A stretch of DNA of 64,000 nt from the human T2T-CHM13v2.0 reference genome, Homo sapiens (GCF_009914755.1 NC_060927.1), one strand, 5' to 3'. Positions 1 to 13,084 are shown, numbered from the stretch's first letter. The notes: generated from the letters alone by a model not told the origin. Numbers and translations: made by a program.

Positions 1-655
1 TCTCCCACTCCCTACACCTCTTGGCTGATTCTTCACTGCTTAGGTCCGCCTTCCCTGCTGAACACTTTCACTGTGCTGTGAACCATCCCATCAAAGCACT
101 TAACCTATCTATAATTTTATATATATATATTTATATAAGTATTTGATTAATGAATTTCCCACATGAGAGTCTCATGCTTGTCAGGGTGGGGTGGGGGCAG
201 GTTTAGCTTTGCTCATCAGTGTACCCCTAATACCTAGGCCAAAGCCAGACACCTACTGGTGCTCATAGACTATTTGCTGGATGAATGAATAAATTCCAGA
301 TGCAGCCATGCCAAGCCACACAACTAGTAATTTGCAGGTCCAGGAATTGACCTTACATCTCTCAGACTTTAGTCTTTTGTTCTGTCTTTGACTCCATATT
401 GCCTGCAAAGAAGGTTTGGGAAGAAGGTTGGGGTTGGCAGCAATGCTGCACCAGGAATCAGTGTGAGAAGAAAAAAGCAATGGGTCAAAACTGTTAGCAT
501 TATTGTGGGACCTCATGAGTCCCTAAACCTATTTGCAAGGCTAACAACCCAAGTGTGTAATAGTGGTCTGCCAGTTCAGTGACACAGTGCATCAGGGTTC
601 ACTGAAGACCTTCGATAATCATATTCATTCTCTTCTCCCACCCCTACCCTGCCAG

Positions 656-736
656 GAGGAAGCCTTTTTGAGTCAAACCTGGAGAATGAAGGAAGCATTT
701 CTGGCAGTGATTCAACATTTTATAGGCAGTCAGAAG
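656..736 (+). CDS. MYRIP: MYRIP internal coding exon (81 nt, phase 1-1): (G)GSLFESNLENEGSISGSDSTFYRQSE(G)
   Basis: Pyrimidine tract + gccag| acceptor and GAAG|gtaaag donor. The translation joins in frame to the next exon (G|GA CAT = G-H). This frame is not in the ORF track. Probably exon 5, by recall. Confidence 0.92.
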
Positions 737-1285
737 GTAAAGTTGCTTAAGAGTTTACAGCTACTGGGAAGTTGGAGTAATAGAAACACCTACAGGTACA
801 GGTACTGCCAGGGTCCCCCAGATGCATTGTTACCCCAGATGCAACTATCTACTACTGTGTGTGAGTCTCCCTGGGTCACTTATTATTGCCAATTGTATGA
901 ATCCATCATCAAAATAGGTGAGTATATCCAAAATGTGGCCAAGAGAACAGCATTCGTTACCCAACCATGGATACTTTACAGTCAACTAGTAAATATTCTT
1001 CTGGAGTTGGAACATATCAATCAATCCACTCACTTGTGCATCTCATATTAAAATATTCCTTTAAAGAATGTGTCATTTACTGATTAACTTTTACTTTTTT
1101 ATACCAATATAATTGTCCCCTTAGAGCAGTGGTTAAAAGCAAAACAAACTTCTAATTTCAAATAAAATTTTATCATTTCAATTCTTTGTCTAAAGTACTG
1201 GACATTGATAATCAGTGCCCCCTCAATTGCCTTCCTCCTGTGACCTCCACAGCTTATCTGTACTCTCTATTCTCTCTTTGGGGGC

Positions 1286-1796
1286 TGTGATAGTTAATTT
1301 TATGTGTCAACTTGACTTGGGCTAAGGGATGCCCAGATAGCTGGTAAAACCTTATTTCTGGGTTTGTCTGTGAAGGCATTTCTGGAAGAGAACAGCATTT
1401 GAATCATAGACTGAGAAAAGAAGATCCGCCCTCATCAGTATGAGTAGGTGTCATCCAATCCATTGAAAGCCCAGATAGAACAAAAAGGCAGAGGAAGGGT
1501 GAATTCACTCTCCCTCTTCTGGAGCTGGGACATCCATCTTCACCTGCCCTCAGACATCAGAGCTTCTGATTCTTGGGCCTTCAGACTCAGGACTTAAACC
1601 AGCAGCTCCCCTATTCCACAGCCCTTCACATTTGGACTGAATTATACCACTGCTCTTATGGGTCTCCAGCTTGCACACAGTATATCATGGAACTTCTCGG
1701 CCTCCTTAATCACATGAGCCAGTTCCCATAATAGATCTCCTATTTTATATCTATATATATCCTATTGGTTCTGTTTCTCTGAAGAACCCTAATACA
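1286..1796 (+). mobile_element. MLT2-family solo LTR (ERVL)
   Basis: Starts TGTGATAGTTAATTTTATGTGTCAACTTGAC and ends GGTTCTGTTTCTCTGAAGAACCCTAATACA, typical MLT2 termini. Confidence 0.85.
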
Positions 1797-2210
1797 GATG
1801 ACTTCTCATGAAAATTGTGTCCTGTATTATCCTTACTACCTGCAGCTTCTCCATAGGTTACCACACACCATTGTATGACCTCAAGTGCACCTCCATTTGC
1901 TGCTGAGCCGGAAATGCCCAGCCTTGATCTCATCCCAGAGTTCTACACTCAGATTTCTAATGCTTGGCCATTAGCACCTGAAGATCTTATAGGGTTCTTA
2001 ACCCCAACTTGTCCTAGTCAAGCTCTTTAGCCACTGAGGTCCACCAGTGAGAGATGTTTCCTTCAGTCCCTCTCCTCATTTCCCCACAGCTACCCAAGTA
2101 CCTGTCAGCTCTGTTTTCAATCTTACACTTTTCTTTCCATTCCACAGCCCATATCCTGCATACCTCTCTGCTCAAAACTCTCCGGATTAGTGTTAATTTC
2201 AGTGGCCATC

Positions 2211-2578
2211 TGTATCAGCAGTGTTCTCCAATACACTAAGTATATATGTATGTACATGCACATATATATATTCCTTTCAGGGGACTGGCAAGCCCCAACA
2301 TACAGGGTAGGCCAGCAGGTTGAAAACTCAGGCAAGAGTTGGTGCTTCAGCCTTCAGGCTGAATTTCTCCTCTAGGAAACTTCAGTTTTTGCTCTTAAGG
2401 CCTTTCAGTGGATTGAATGAGACACACCCACATTGTGGAGGGCAACCCTTACATGAAGTCAACTGACTGTAGATGTTAACCACATCTAAAGAATACCTTC
2501 ATGGCAACACCTGGACTAGTGTTTGATTAAATAACTGGGTACTATAGCCTAGCCACGTTGACACATTGACCATCCCAC
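2211..2578 (-). mobile_element. MLT2-family LTR, degenerate, opposite orientation
   Basis: Motifs ggccagcaggttgaaaactcagg, cccacattgtggagggcaa and tatagcctagccacgttgacaca. Boundaries approximate. Confidence 0.7.
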
Positions 2579-3775
2579 CATCTAGCTGGTCTTCTGAACT
2601 TTGGCCACCTTGCCTTCTTAATCTTCCCTCCTACCCTTGCCAACCTTTCTCTCTGAAACACTGACCTGAACCTTCACTTTTTACCCAGTGTTCCACATCA
2701 CTTTCATCCAAGAATTATAATCATAGCATCCAAAGCCTTCCTAGTTACAGCTCCAGGTGCCTACCTTCCAGGGATCCACACAGATATCTCTATCACACAG
2801 ATAGTTATGCATATCTCTTAGGGGTTACTTATGTGTCTAATCACCCAATATCTTGGAAGGTACATGAGAGCATGGACTCAGTTTGTCCATCAGGTTATCA
2901 CTGGGGCCATCACAGAGCCTAGCACACAAACGGTACTCAGTAAACATTTGTTTGATTCAACAAAAATTTGTAGATCTTTTCTGTGAAAAATACATCGGTG
3001 GCTATCTTGAAGAAGAGAGAGGGGAGATACAGTGTCTACCACCAGGGAGCTCTTAGTATGATGACAACTTATATCGCATAGGCTCTAGTTATCAAAACAT
3101 TGGAAAGACTGTGCAACCTGGTGGTGTGCAGAGCCCTGGGCTGGGTTGCCCCTACGTGGCTCTATCATGACTGTCATAGCTGGCTTGTGACATACTCATC
3201 AGCTAGCTAGATCACTTTGACCTTAAGTGGATTGTTTAGAGGCTTTATTATGTTTGCCAAATGATACTTTCTGTCTACATTTTTGTCCTTAAGAGCCTAA
3301 GAAGCTTGAATTATTTTTTAATTGAGTAATTAATGAATTGATATATTCACACCCTGTCTCATTCCACAAAGAATTTTCAACAGCTTACAGGAGATTTGCA
3401 TGTGTTAAATAATATATGAGTAGGAGATTATAAATGGAAACAGGAGGTTGAAATTGGGGACAAGGAGACCCAGGTACCTAGCCCTTGTTGACCTACATTC
3501 CTGCACATGATGTGACTTGGACTTCTGGGGAAAACTAAGAGAAGGATGATAGAAATTCTCACAAGTAAGAAGCTAAAATCTAGGATCTCAAGGGAAACAG
3601 AACTTTTCCCAGCACTTAGCTCCAAAAAGAACTTTGTCACCTGGGGAAGTCCTTTATTTTCTCTCATTTGTTGCCATATCTTAAAAAAAAAAAAAAAGTT
3701 CACTAAAAGTATGGTAGCACTATATTTTTTAATCACGTTAGCTTGTATTCATCTCAGTTTTGTGGTTAAAATCAA

Positions 3776-4010
3776 GGGCTTTGGATTAGAAGGAATTTGG
3801 AATGGAATCCAAATTCAAATTCAGAGGAATTGGAATCCAGCTGGATTCAAATCTTTGCCTTCTTATTGTCTTGCTGTGTACCTTGGGTGAGTTATTTAAC
3901 CACTCTGTGCTTCAAATTTACCATCTGTAAAATAGTACCTATATGGCACCTACTTACCACTGGATTTTTGTCAGAATTAACTGTGATCATGTGAAACTCT
4001 GGGCTTGGTG
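3776..4010 (+). mobile_element. MIR SINE fragment
   Basis: MIR core: ccttgggtgagttatttaaccactctgtgcttcaaatttaccatctgtaaaata. Confidence 0.7.
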
Positions 4011-4767
4011 CCTGCCATGTGGCTGAGCTCTGAGGTTGGCCAGTGTTGTTAATACTGGTTGATAGTCCAAAAAATTATACCATAGAGTTTATATTTGCAT
4101 TAAGTCATATGCACAGCCCATTGTCCTTAGTACATTTAATAACATTTTCCCCATCATCACAATATACATTATATGAACAAAATAAAGCATAATCTTTATC
4201 TGAGAAAGTAGATAAAGAACCATTATTTCCTTATATGAAGCCCTTTTGTTCAGTCACCTTTAAGCCATTCTGTGTGCTTAGACCAGTGCTTCATGTTAGG
4301 ATACAACAATGAATATGATCAATTCTTGCTCTGTGAAAATGACCTGTGGGAAGGGGCCGGGGGTATGGAGCCTTTTTGGATGATGAAAGCAAGCCCAGAA
4401 CCTGGGACAGACCTCCAGCCAAGGGCGGGGCTGAAGGGATCCGAGAAGATGTTAGAGGAGGAATTTTTGGGCCAAGCCTTGGGGTCCGTGGGAACCAGCT
4501 CAGTTATGGAGCAAGAGTCTAGGAGGGAGGAGGAATGAGATTGCAGGCATGAAAGAATCAAACAATTTGTTGCAACTGGGGCATGGGATGTGAATGATGC
4601 ATGGGAGGCAGTGTGAGGCAGGTGGGAAGGGCGAGGGCTTTGTGTGCCATGGTAAACAGCTTAGAACTTATCCCAGAGCCCCTGAAGAATTTAAGCAGAA
4701 GAGCTTGAACAATCGTTTTACTCATCATTCCCTTTTAGAAATGCTCTTTGTTCTGTTTCCTGTCTAG

Positions 4768-4865
4768 GACATAGTGTGATGGACACCTTGGCTGTGGCCC
4801 TACGGGTGGCTGAAGAGGCCATTGAGGAAGCAATTTCCAAAGCAGAGGCATATGGGGACAGCCTG
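4768..4865 (+). CDS. MYRIP: MYRIP internal coding exon (98 nt, phase 1-0): (G)HSVMDTLAVALRVAEEAIEEAISKAEAYGDSL
   Basis: tgtctag| acceptor and CTG|gtaggg donor. Recognisable MYRIP sequence with an amphipathic helix pattern. Confidence 0.96.
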
Positions 4866-5080
4866 GTAGGGCCCCTCCTGCTCCTCTCTGTGGGGGGAGG
4901 TGTGGGTTGGGGTCCTTGCTGCCAGGAGAAAGTGCAGGTTGTCAGGAAATCAATGTCCCAGCAGCTCTGACTAAAGCAAGGCCCTCCCTCTGCTTTTGTG
5001 GTCAGGACTCTCCTGGCAAAGTGACTGCCAAGTCACCCCAAATCCACCCACAGCACACAGCCATTCTCTTCCCTCCTCAG

Positions 5081-5161
5081 GACAAGCAAAATGAGGCCAG
5101 TTACCTGCGGGACCACAAGGAGGAGCTAACTGAGGAACTGGCCACGACAATCCTGCAGAAG
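5081..5161 (+). CDS. MYRIP: MYRIP internal coding exon (81 nt, phase 0-0): DKQNEASYLRDHKEELTEELATTILQK
   Basis: ccctcctcag| acceptor and AAG|gtaggt donor; 27 codons in frame. Confidence 0.96.
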
Positions 5162-5449
5162 GTAGGTGGGTCCTGGCAGTGGGATGGCTGCAGTTTCCTG
5201 GCTGGGCCTGGTGCAGGGACTCTGGCAAGTAGCAGGTGAAACATGGGGAGTGTCTCTAGCACTGTATCTTCTGTGCCTTCTCACTTTAGACTTTTGTGCC
5301 CTGGGGACCCATGCAGAGGGAATGCATCGCACTGCTTGCTTGCTTTGCAGTCACTGCTGCTAGCTCCATGCCCTACGCTGTCCCTTGCATGGTGTACCTG
5401 TCAATTACTTCTGAGAAACCAAACACCCCAAAACTCTGTGGCTTTTGAC

Positions 5450-6491
5450 AAGGATCTTTCTGTCTTCCACAGCCAATTCTCCAACACCAACTGAGAAGTG
5501 AAATTCCATTCTGATACTAACTTCTTCCTGGAGTTAGTGCAGACCCCACAAGTTAAGGGCCCAGTCCCACAAGACTGCCCCTACTTCAGACACCAGCCAC
5601 AAGTTTCAGGTATCCCAAAGCCACCACACTTCTCCCTAGCCTGCTGCAAATTTGGGAGTTTCCATGACCCTGGACCCTCAATTCAATTATTTGCTAGAAC
5701 TCACAGAACTCAGGAAAGTGCTTTACTTACCATTACCGGTTTAATATAAAGGGTACAGGTGAACGGCCAGATGAAGAGACACACAGAGCAGCAGGGTCTG
5801 GGGACAGGGTGTACAGAGCTTCCATGCTCTCTCTGTGAACATCACTCCCCCAACACATCGATGTATGCACCAACAAGGAAGGTTTCTGTGCCTTGTTGTA
5901 TCAGAGTTTTTAGCCAGGTTTCAGTATGTAGGCAGGATTGATTAAATGATTGATTACCTGATTGAATGCACTCTCTAGTCTTTCTGCTCCCAGCCCTCTA
6001 ATCATGTACTGTAGTTGGTTTTTCTGGCAACCTGCCCCCATCCTGAAGTTATCTAAGGACCTCACCTTGAATCACCTTGTTAGTGTAACAGACACTCCTA
6101 TCACTCAAATAATTGCAAAGGTTTTTGAAACTGTGCCAGGAACTGGGGACAAAGACCAAATACAGATGCTCCTGAGCTTACAGTGGATGGGGTTAAGTCC
6201 AGATAGTAACCGCATCCTAAGTTGAAAGTATCATAAGTCAAAATGCATTCAATACACCTAACCTACTCTTAATATATCATAGCTTAGCCTAGCCTATCGT
6301 AAATGTACTCAGAACTTGCATTAGCCTATAACTGGGCAGAATCATCGAACTCAAAGCCTATTTTATAACAGTGTTTATTAGCTCATATAATTTATGGAAT
6401 GCTGCACTGAATACACACCGCTTTCCCACCATCGTAAAGTCCAAAAATCTTAAATCAAGGACTATCTGTATATATGTTTTGTTATACCACA
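5450..6491. mobile_element. MER21-family LTR
   Basis: ggagttagtgcagaccccacaagttaagggcccagtcccacaagactgccc...ggaactggggacaaagaccaaata[MER47A]tatatgttttgttataccaca. Left boundary approximate. Confidence 0.7.
6163..6468 (+). mobile_element. MER47A-like TcMar-Tigger MITE
   Basis: CAGATGCTCC...ACTATCTG termini with TA on both sides; internal tagcttagcctagccta. Confidence 0.75.
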
Positions 6492-7444
6492 ATTTATTTA
6501 TTGCTCACACATCTGCAGTAGCTGCACTTCAAGCTATGGGTTGGGACAAAGTCAGCTGCAGCATGTTCACTCTGGGGCCCAACTGAGGGCACATCAGCTG
6601 CCTGTGGCCATGACAGGAGCACAAGCCAGCAAGAGGAAGCACACAGTGCTTGTTAAGGCCAAGGCTTAGCTCTAGCTTATGGTTACTGACTCCCCCCTCT
6701 CATCTCATTGGCCAGAGCAAGTCACACATCGAGCCCAAAGCCAAGGGCTGGGACGTAGATTCTCCCTATACTGGGAGGGTCTGCAGAGTCACACTAGAAA
6801 GTGCCGTATGCAGGAAGTGTTGAAAAACTTCAGTCTTCCCTTTTGGTCACGATAATTCACATCCCTTCCGTATGCCAAGTAGACTCACCACACCCAAAGA
6901 CCCCCAAATGTCTCATCCAATCACAGTTCAAAGTACATTTGATCCAATTTTAGCTCCTTTTTAGCTGGAGATCTGTAAACTAAGCAAACAAATGATCTCC
7001 CCCCATATACCCAACATGCAATGTTGGAAGAGGGACAGGGAGGCAGCACTGGCCCTACCCACCTGCAGAGGGGAAGAATGGGAGGCACCAGCAGTCACTG
7101 GTCCTCAGCAATTCTGAAATCCTGCTGGGCAACATGGCTGGGTCCCCACCCTGCCATGGGAGATGGCACCTCAGTTGATTGTTCTCTGGGCTCTCAGCCT
7201 TCCTTTTCATCCTCCTGTCTGGCCTAAAGGAACATTGGAGAATATGCCCATCTTGGTGGCTTAGCACATTTCTTGACTGCTTCCTGCCTATAGGAAGTTG
7301 AAAGCCCAGAGACCTTGGTACGGATGGACTCACTAAATCCAAATGACTGTGCAAACGAGCTGGATTTGGAGCCATTCTGGTGACTCTTGGTGTCTACACC
7401 CTTGATAGGGCTTCCAGATGCTTCCTAAATTCAGGACTTACAAC

Positions 7445-7645
7445 CAGAGGCTCTGGGTTTGAGATCCAGCTCCACCATTTATGAGCTGTGTAGCCTTATC
7501 CAATAACTTAGTCTCTCTGAGCCTGTTTCCTCATCTATAAAATGGAAAGAATTAGAATATGTACCTTCCAGAATTAAGTGAGGTAAAGCCTACACAATAC
7601 CTAACATGAGGTCTGACACATGCTAGGCACTTAATAAATAGAGAA
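7445..7645 (+). mobile_element. MIR SINE
   Basis: ctgggtttgagatccagctccaccattta...ctctctgagcctgtttcctcatctataaaatgg...taggcacttaataaat. Confidence 0.8.
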
Positions 7646-7871
7646 GCTGTTAACATCATAAAAGGATTATTTGTAAACTGTAAAATGCTTAGAATGCTCA
7701 AGGCTATAATTGTGCTGGTTTCTCATAGCGCAGATCTGAAACAGCCTGGTGTTCTGTTGAAATTAAGCTTATAAGTGGCTGAAAAAAATTCCAAAGATGG
7801 TCCCAGTTACTCCACATAGCATCAGGAGGCCTCTCCAATAACTTGCCCCTTTTTTGTCCTCCCCTCCCCAG

Positions 7872-8015
7872 ATTATACGAAAACAGAAGAGCAAAAGTGA
7901 GCAGCAAGTGGAAGAAGAGCCAGGATGGCCACATCCCCAGAGTTGCAGCACAAAGGTGGCAGATGAGGGGACCTCAGCATCCCCTGGAGGCTACCGTGCT
8001 CCCGCTGCCCTCTGG
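7872..8015 (+). CDS. MYRIP: MYRIP internal coding exon (144 nt, phase 0-0): IIRKQKSKSEQ...YRAPAALW
   Basis: cctccccag| acceptor and TGG|gtgagt donor; 48 codons in frame. Confidence 0.96.
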
Positions 8016-9725
8016 GTGAGTCCCCAAGCAGTGCTGGTCTACCCTCCACACGTGCAGGTCTGGGGCACACATTTAACCCTCTGTAGTTGAATCAGGTGGC
8101 CACTGGCCAGGGTAAAAATTTCAGAAGGATGGGGAGCGAAATTGAAAGAGAAAGTGAGTGTGAGTCGGGGGCCAGGAAGGGTAAGAGAGGAGAGAAAAAC
8201 ACAAATGGTCTATTGATAATTATAGAGATAGATTTTACACAGAGACCAATTTAGGAAAAATACAAATGCTGATAGGCTGCATTTTTTTTTCATTCTGAAA
8301 AGAATTATACTGAGTCCAGTGGGGGAAAATAGCTTTATAAGGACCATGTGTACTCTTATAACCTAGATTGCTTGCTTTACTGAAACTGAAAAGTGACAGC
8401 GAGAAAATTACCACTGCTGTTTCAACCACCAAAATGGTCACATCTGGACACAGGAAGTCACAGTGTGGAGCCAACCTTTCTGTCTGTCACCTTGAGTCAC
8501 AGAGCTCAGTGGTCTTTCCACAACCAAGGGTTTGGTGCTGTTCCTGTCTGCAGTAGAGTTGCTGAGTCTGTCACATCCTTTGTTACTGGTTTGAGTAAGC
8601 CCAGTTGAGGATATGCAAAGTGCTGGGGAAGGAGCTGGGTGGGGCAGGTTCTGCAAGAAACTGAGGGACTGGCCAGTAGGGCTCTGGTTCTGCTAGATAT
8701 AGGTGCTCACAGTCTGGGACAGGGCAGCACACAGGTGCACTTCAAAACTGGAAAGTCAGGCATGGGAAAGGCAAGGCCAGGGGCTTACCCCATCCCCACT
8801 AGGGGTCTAGTGGCATTCATCCCTGCATGAGCAGATTAAAACGAGGGCATGCAAAGTAGCACATGGTCGACTTGCAGTCCACAAGGGATCAGCATAGGTC
8901 ACCTACATAAACTCCTTTGTCCTCGCCAACTGCCAGATGCACAACGGTTACAAGGAGTATCTTTATGGCTTTATCAGAGATGAAACTTCATTGATTTATC
9001 AGCAGAACCTTTCCTTGTCAACGTGCTGTCAGCTTGTTTTACTGCTGCTGTCATGCATATGCTCAGCACCAAGGAGAACCAAACAAGTAGAAGACGCCAT
9101 GCCCACCGTCCAGAGCTTTATAATCTGGTTAGCAAGGCAGGAGGGGACACGGGTAAGGCTGGTAAAAAAGAGGTAATAGGAGACAGTTCATAATTGGGTG
9201 CTGAGTTGAAAGATTGAGAATAGAAATGGATTTGGAATTCAGACAAGGGGCCTTTCCAGCAGAGAGTGGAAAAGGATCCTACTGGATGGAGCAGGGGAGC
9301 AAAAGCCCTTCAAATAGCCTGTCACTCAGACTGGTCACAAAATCAGAGCTGCAGTTCCTGGGCTCAGGCTGCAGGCATGACATCACCTTGCATTTGGGGT
9401 CTTTCTGAAGTATTTTCTGCAAACTCAAAGTGTCAAGTCTTGGGGAGATCCAGAAAGTAGAAATTCCCACAGCACCCCAGACTCAACCATGAGTCAATGA
9501 GTCAGAGGCAAGAACAGAGAGCTTGGGCTCTGTCTCTGCCACTCCTGGGGTAGGATTCTGGACTTGCCCTTGACTAGATATGAGACCTTGAACAACTGTT
9601 TAGTTTCGTGTCTGTAAAGTGGAAATAATAAGACCTGCCCTAAAGGATGGCTCCAAGGATTCCTTGTGCGGCCAACACAGTCTTTATTGAGCTTCCACTA
9701 TGTGCAAGGCACTGTGCTAGGTGCT

Positions 9726-10055
9726 TGTATTGGTTTGTTCTCATGCTGCTAATAAAGACATACCCAATAGAGGGTAATTTATAAAGTAAAGAGGTTTGAC
9801 TCACGGTTCCACATGGCTGGGGAGGCCACACAATCATGGTGGAAAGTGAAGGAGGAGCAAAGTCACATCTTAAGTAGTGGCAGGCAAGAGAGCGTGTGCA
9901 GGGGAACTCCCCCTTATAAAACCATCAGATCTCATATGGGAAAGACCCGCCCCCATGATTCAATTACCTTCCACCAGGTCTCTCCCACAACGTGGGAATT
10001 ATGGAAGCCACAATTCAAGACAAGGTTGGGGTGGGGACACAGCCAGACCATATCA
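9726..10055 (-). mobile_element. THE1 (MaLR) solo LTR inserted into an L2 remnant
   Basis: TGTATT...CCATATCA termini with a perfect 5-bp TSD GTGCT (9721-9725 and 10056-10060). Confidence 0.92.
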
Positions 10056-12782
10056 GTGCTACAGAGACAGTGGTCTCCGCAGATACAGCAGACTCCACCA
10101 TCTAATGGTGAAACATGCCATAAACAAGTAAATAACAACAACAAAAACACAGGGGTATATATTTCAGTAATTGGCATCAAGGGGATAGAGGGGAGGGAGT
10201 GCTGGGGACAGGTAGACGCTTGGTTAGGGAGCTGTCAGGGAAAACCATTTTTAGGAGATGACCTGAAACCAAGACTTGAAAGATGAGAGGTCTGGGAGCA
10301 GTAAGAGGAAGGGCACTGCTACAGGGGGAATGGCATGCATGGAGGCTCTAAGCGGGAAGGAACTTGGCATGTTCAAGAAATAGAATAGTGGTTGTGTGGC
10401 TAGAAAATGGGGTAAGGGGCACAGTGGCAACAGTGGCAGGTGACTAAATGAGACGTGGACATAGCTATTGCTCTATTATCACCTTATTTCCACGTTTCAA
10501 AATAAAGGTGACTGTATCTTCAAGGTATCCCCTGTGAGTTATGAGCTGTACTTCACTGTGTTTTGGTCAGCAAGGCTCCAGGCCCAGAGAGCAGAGCTGT
10601 TGGCATATCACTTATCTGCCTGCTCCAATTCCCAGACCACCTGCTGCCACCAGCCCAACCCCACTATGGGTCCTCACCAGTGCCCTCTCCCCTTCCTTCC
10701 CCCACACAGCCAGATGGCATCAGCTTGCTTCTCTTCTAAGATATCAACTCACCCACTAGAACATTTCCATCCACTCACTGCATCTTGGGGCTGTCTCATT
10801 CTTCCTTTATCAGAAGCTGAAAGCTCTTTCTCTGACCCTGTCTCATTTTCCCTTGCACTAAAGAGACCTCACCCCCCAGAAACAGACCTTTTCTGATTTT
10901 TCCTGTTGGCATCAGGTGACTGCAGTTCTGCACAGTAACTAAAATTCTCATGTAAATCCCGTGAACAGAGAGGTATGGGAAGGGGGTCATCACAAAAAGC
11001 TTAAACAGTAATGTTAATAATGGAGTGATGGTCAGGTATCTATAGTAATAACACAGGACCAATACCTTTTCTTTATATAAATTTTATATGCAACGGGCTT
11101 TCACATATTGTTTCCTTAGCTCCACATGAGAGCACCCTGCATTATCCCCATTTTACAAAGGAATAAACGGAATCCTAGCTACCCCAAGCCACTGGAACTA
11201 AGTGGTTGCAGGTTTCCTGGTTCTGAGCATTTCCTGCACTCCATTGTCTCCTGTTTCCTTGGGAAGCTCCGGAGATGGAATGCCTGCTTCCCCACCAGAT
11301 GGTCACTGGATCTCCTTGTCATGCATATGGTTAAAGCTGGAAGTAGTGTCCCTCCCACCTCCTAGAGACCAGAGATGCTCTGTGTATCATTAGAGATGTA
11401 GGACAGTGGGCTCTTGTATCATAAGCCAAAACAGTGGGCACAACAGTGATGACAGGCAATAGTGTTCCCGTTTCAGCAGCAGGACAACAGAGGCGTTTCA
11501 TTCATCCACACTCCTCGGCCAAGTACTGGCTGAAAGCAGCTTCAAATAAACAACCATGACCCTTCCCAAGGGGAATCTCCCGCCTGGCTCATCAGCTCAC
11601 TGGAACGAACTCAGTCCACCCAGGACACAGGCATGACCATGGGCTGTTTTCACTGAGGAAGACATTTAGAGGCACAAGCCAGAGTCTCATAGGATTTCCC
11701 TTTGGTTTACTAAAACAAATACCTCTCAGGATTTTATTTGTTTTGTCAGAAAAAAATCTGTCTTGCCAAACACCTGCCTCCTGCACAGCATAACTCATGG
11801 CTATGCTTTGACATCAATGTAAAGAGAACTTAAGCATTTCTTTGTTTTTTTGAAGCAAATAGAGGAATATTATTTATTTCTAGATTTTTATATAAAAATA
11901 GGGCCTAATGGAAGCCCCTCCCTGAATGTAACATATGTTTTGAATTTCCATATTCAACACTTCACAAGATATGTCCACCTTCCCCCGGCTTGAATCTACC
12001 TTTTAGGGAAGGAGTTGGGAGAGAACCGTGTGGCTGTAGTTTGGGAAACACCATCAAGGATACTGACACATACCCTTGGGTGAGCACCTCTCCTGGCTTA
12101 ACAGTGTAACCACCCAGATCATATGCCTGGCAGGGGTGCAGGCACCTTACAGGAGGAACAAGGTTATCAGCTGGCTCTTTGTTACTGCAACCTTCATTTT
12201 TATCTTAGACATTTGATCAAGGAGGCTCCCTCCTGTCCTCTCCCTGTGAGTTCACACCATCCCATGATTTTCAATATGTAAACAGCATACTTTTGTCAAC
12301 AATATCAGGAAGGAAGAAGTATATGCTCTATCTTCCCCCCCATTCATACTTATACTCCTGGGGAGCTGCCCCAAGCAAAGAAGCCTGAATCTGAGAATAA
12401 AGAGAAATCTGTTATGTACCCAGCGGGTCCCGGACACAATTTTCCCTTTGAGAAGCTGCTATTATCAGCGCCTTCATGATTGTCTGTGGTCACGTGTGTT
12501 CTGGATTTTCCACAGCTCAGCACTGGGTGTGTAGTAGGCATCTTGCAGTACAGGTCTGTGGCTGATTGATGGCAGAACAAGTCTATTGTGGGGTTTTAAT
12601 GGAAGCCTGGACTTGAACCTTTCCCTTCAGGCTTCCGGGATACCTGTGGAGGAGGAAGAGTGTACTAATTAAGGTCCTAGCAAAAACACTGGGATTCATA
12701 CCCTCATAGATAACCATTTTTAGCTCCTGACTTGGTTAAAAGACAAGCACTGTGATTAGAGCTTTTAAAAAATGTTATTGGA

Positions 12783-13084
12783 GGCCGGGTGTGGTGGCTC
12801 ACGCCTGTAATCCCAGTGCTTTGGGAGGTCAAGGCAAATGGATCACGTGGTCAGGAGATCGAGACCATCCTGGCTAACATGGTGAAACCCCATCTCTATT
12901 AAAAACACAAAAAATTAGCCGGGCATGGTAGTGGGTGCCTGTAGTCCCAGCTACTGGAGGCTGAGGCAGGAGAATGGCATGAACCTGGGAGGTGGAGATT
13001 GCGCCACTGCATTCCAGCCTGGGTGACAGAGCAAGTCTCTGTCTCAAAAATAATAAAATAAAATAAAAATAAAAAAATAAAGAT
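12783..13084 (+). mobile_element. AluY/AluSc-type SINE with a short right-arm deletion
   Basis: gagatcgagaccatcctggctaac diagnostic sequence; TSD aaatgttattgg on both sides; the segment cttgcagtgagccgag is missing. Confidence 0.93.

Larger units (their letters stand above)
5395..7300 (-). mobile_element. Old MLT1 (MaLR) LTR plus internal fragment, interrupted by MER21 and MER47A
   Basis: aaacaccccaaaactctgtggctt resumes at 6490 as caatttatttattgctcac...cattggccagagcaagtcacac. Boundaries approximate. Confidence 0.55.

Noticed and set aside
563-1051. 162-aa ORF overlapping the first exon
   Set aside because: It is in a different frame from the spliced MYRIP exon at 656-736 and resembles no protein I recognise; a chance ORF.
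9813-10286. 157-aa ORF
   Set aside because: It runs through the THE1 LTR and L2 sequence; a chance frame.
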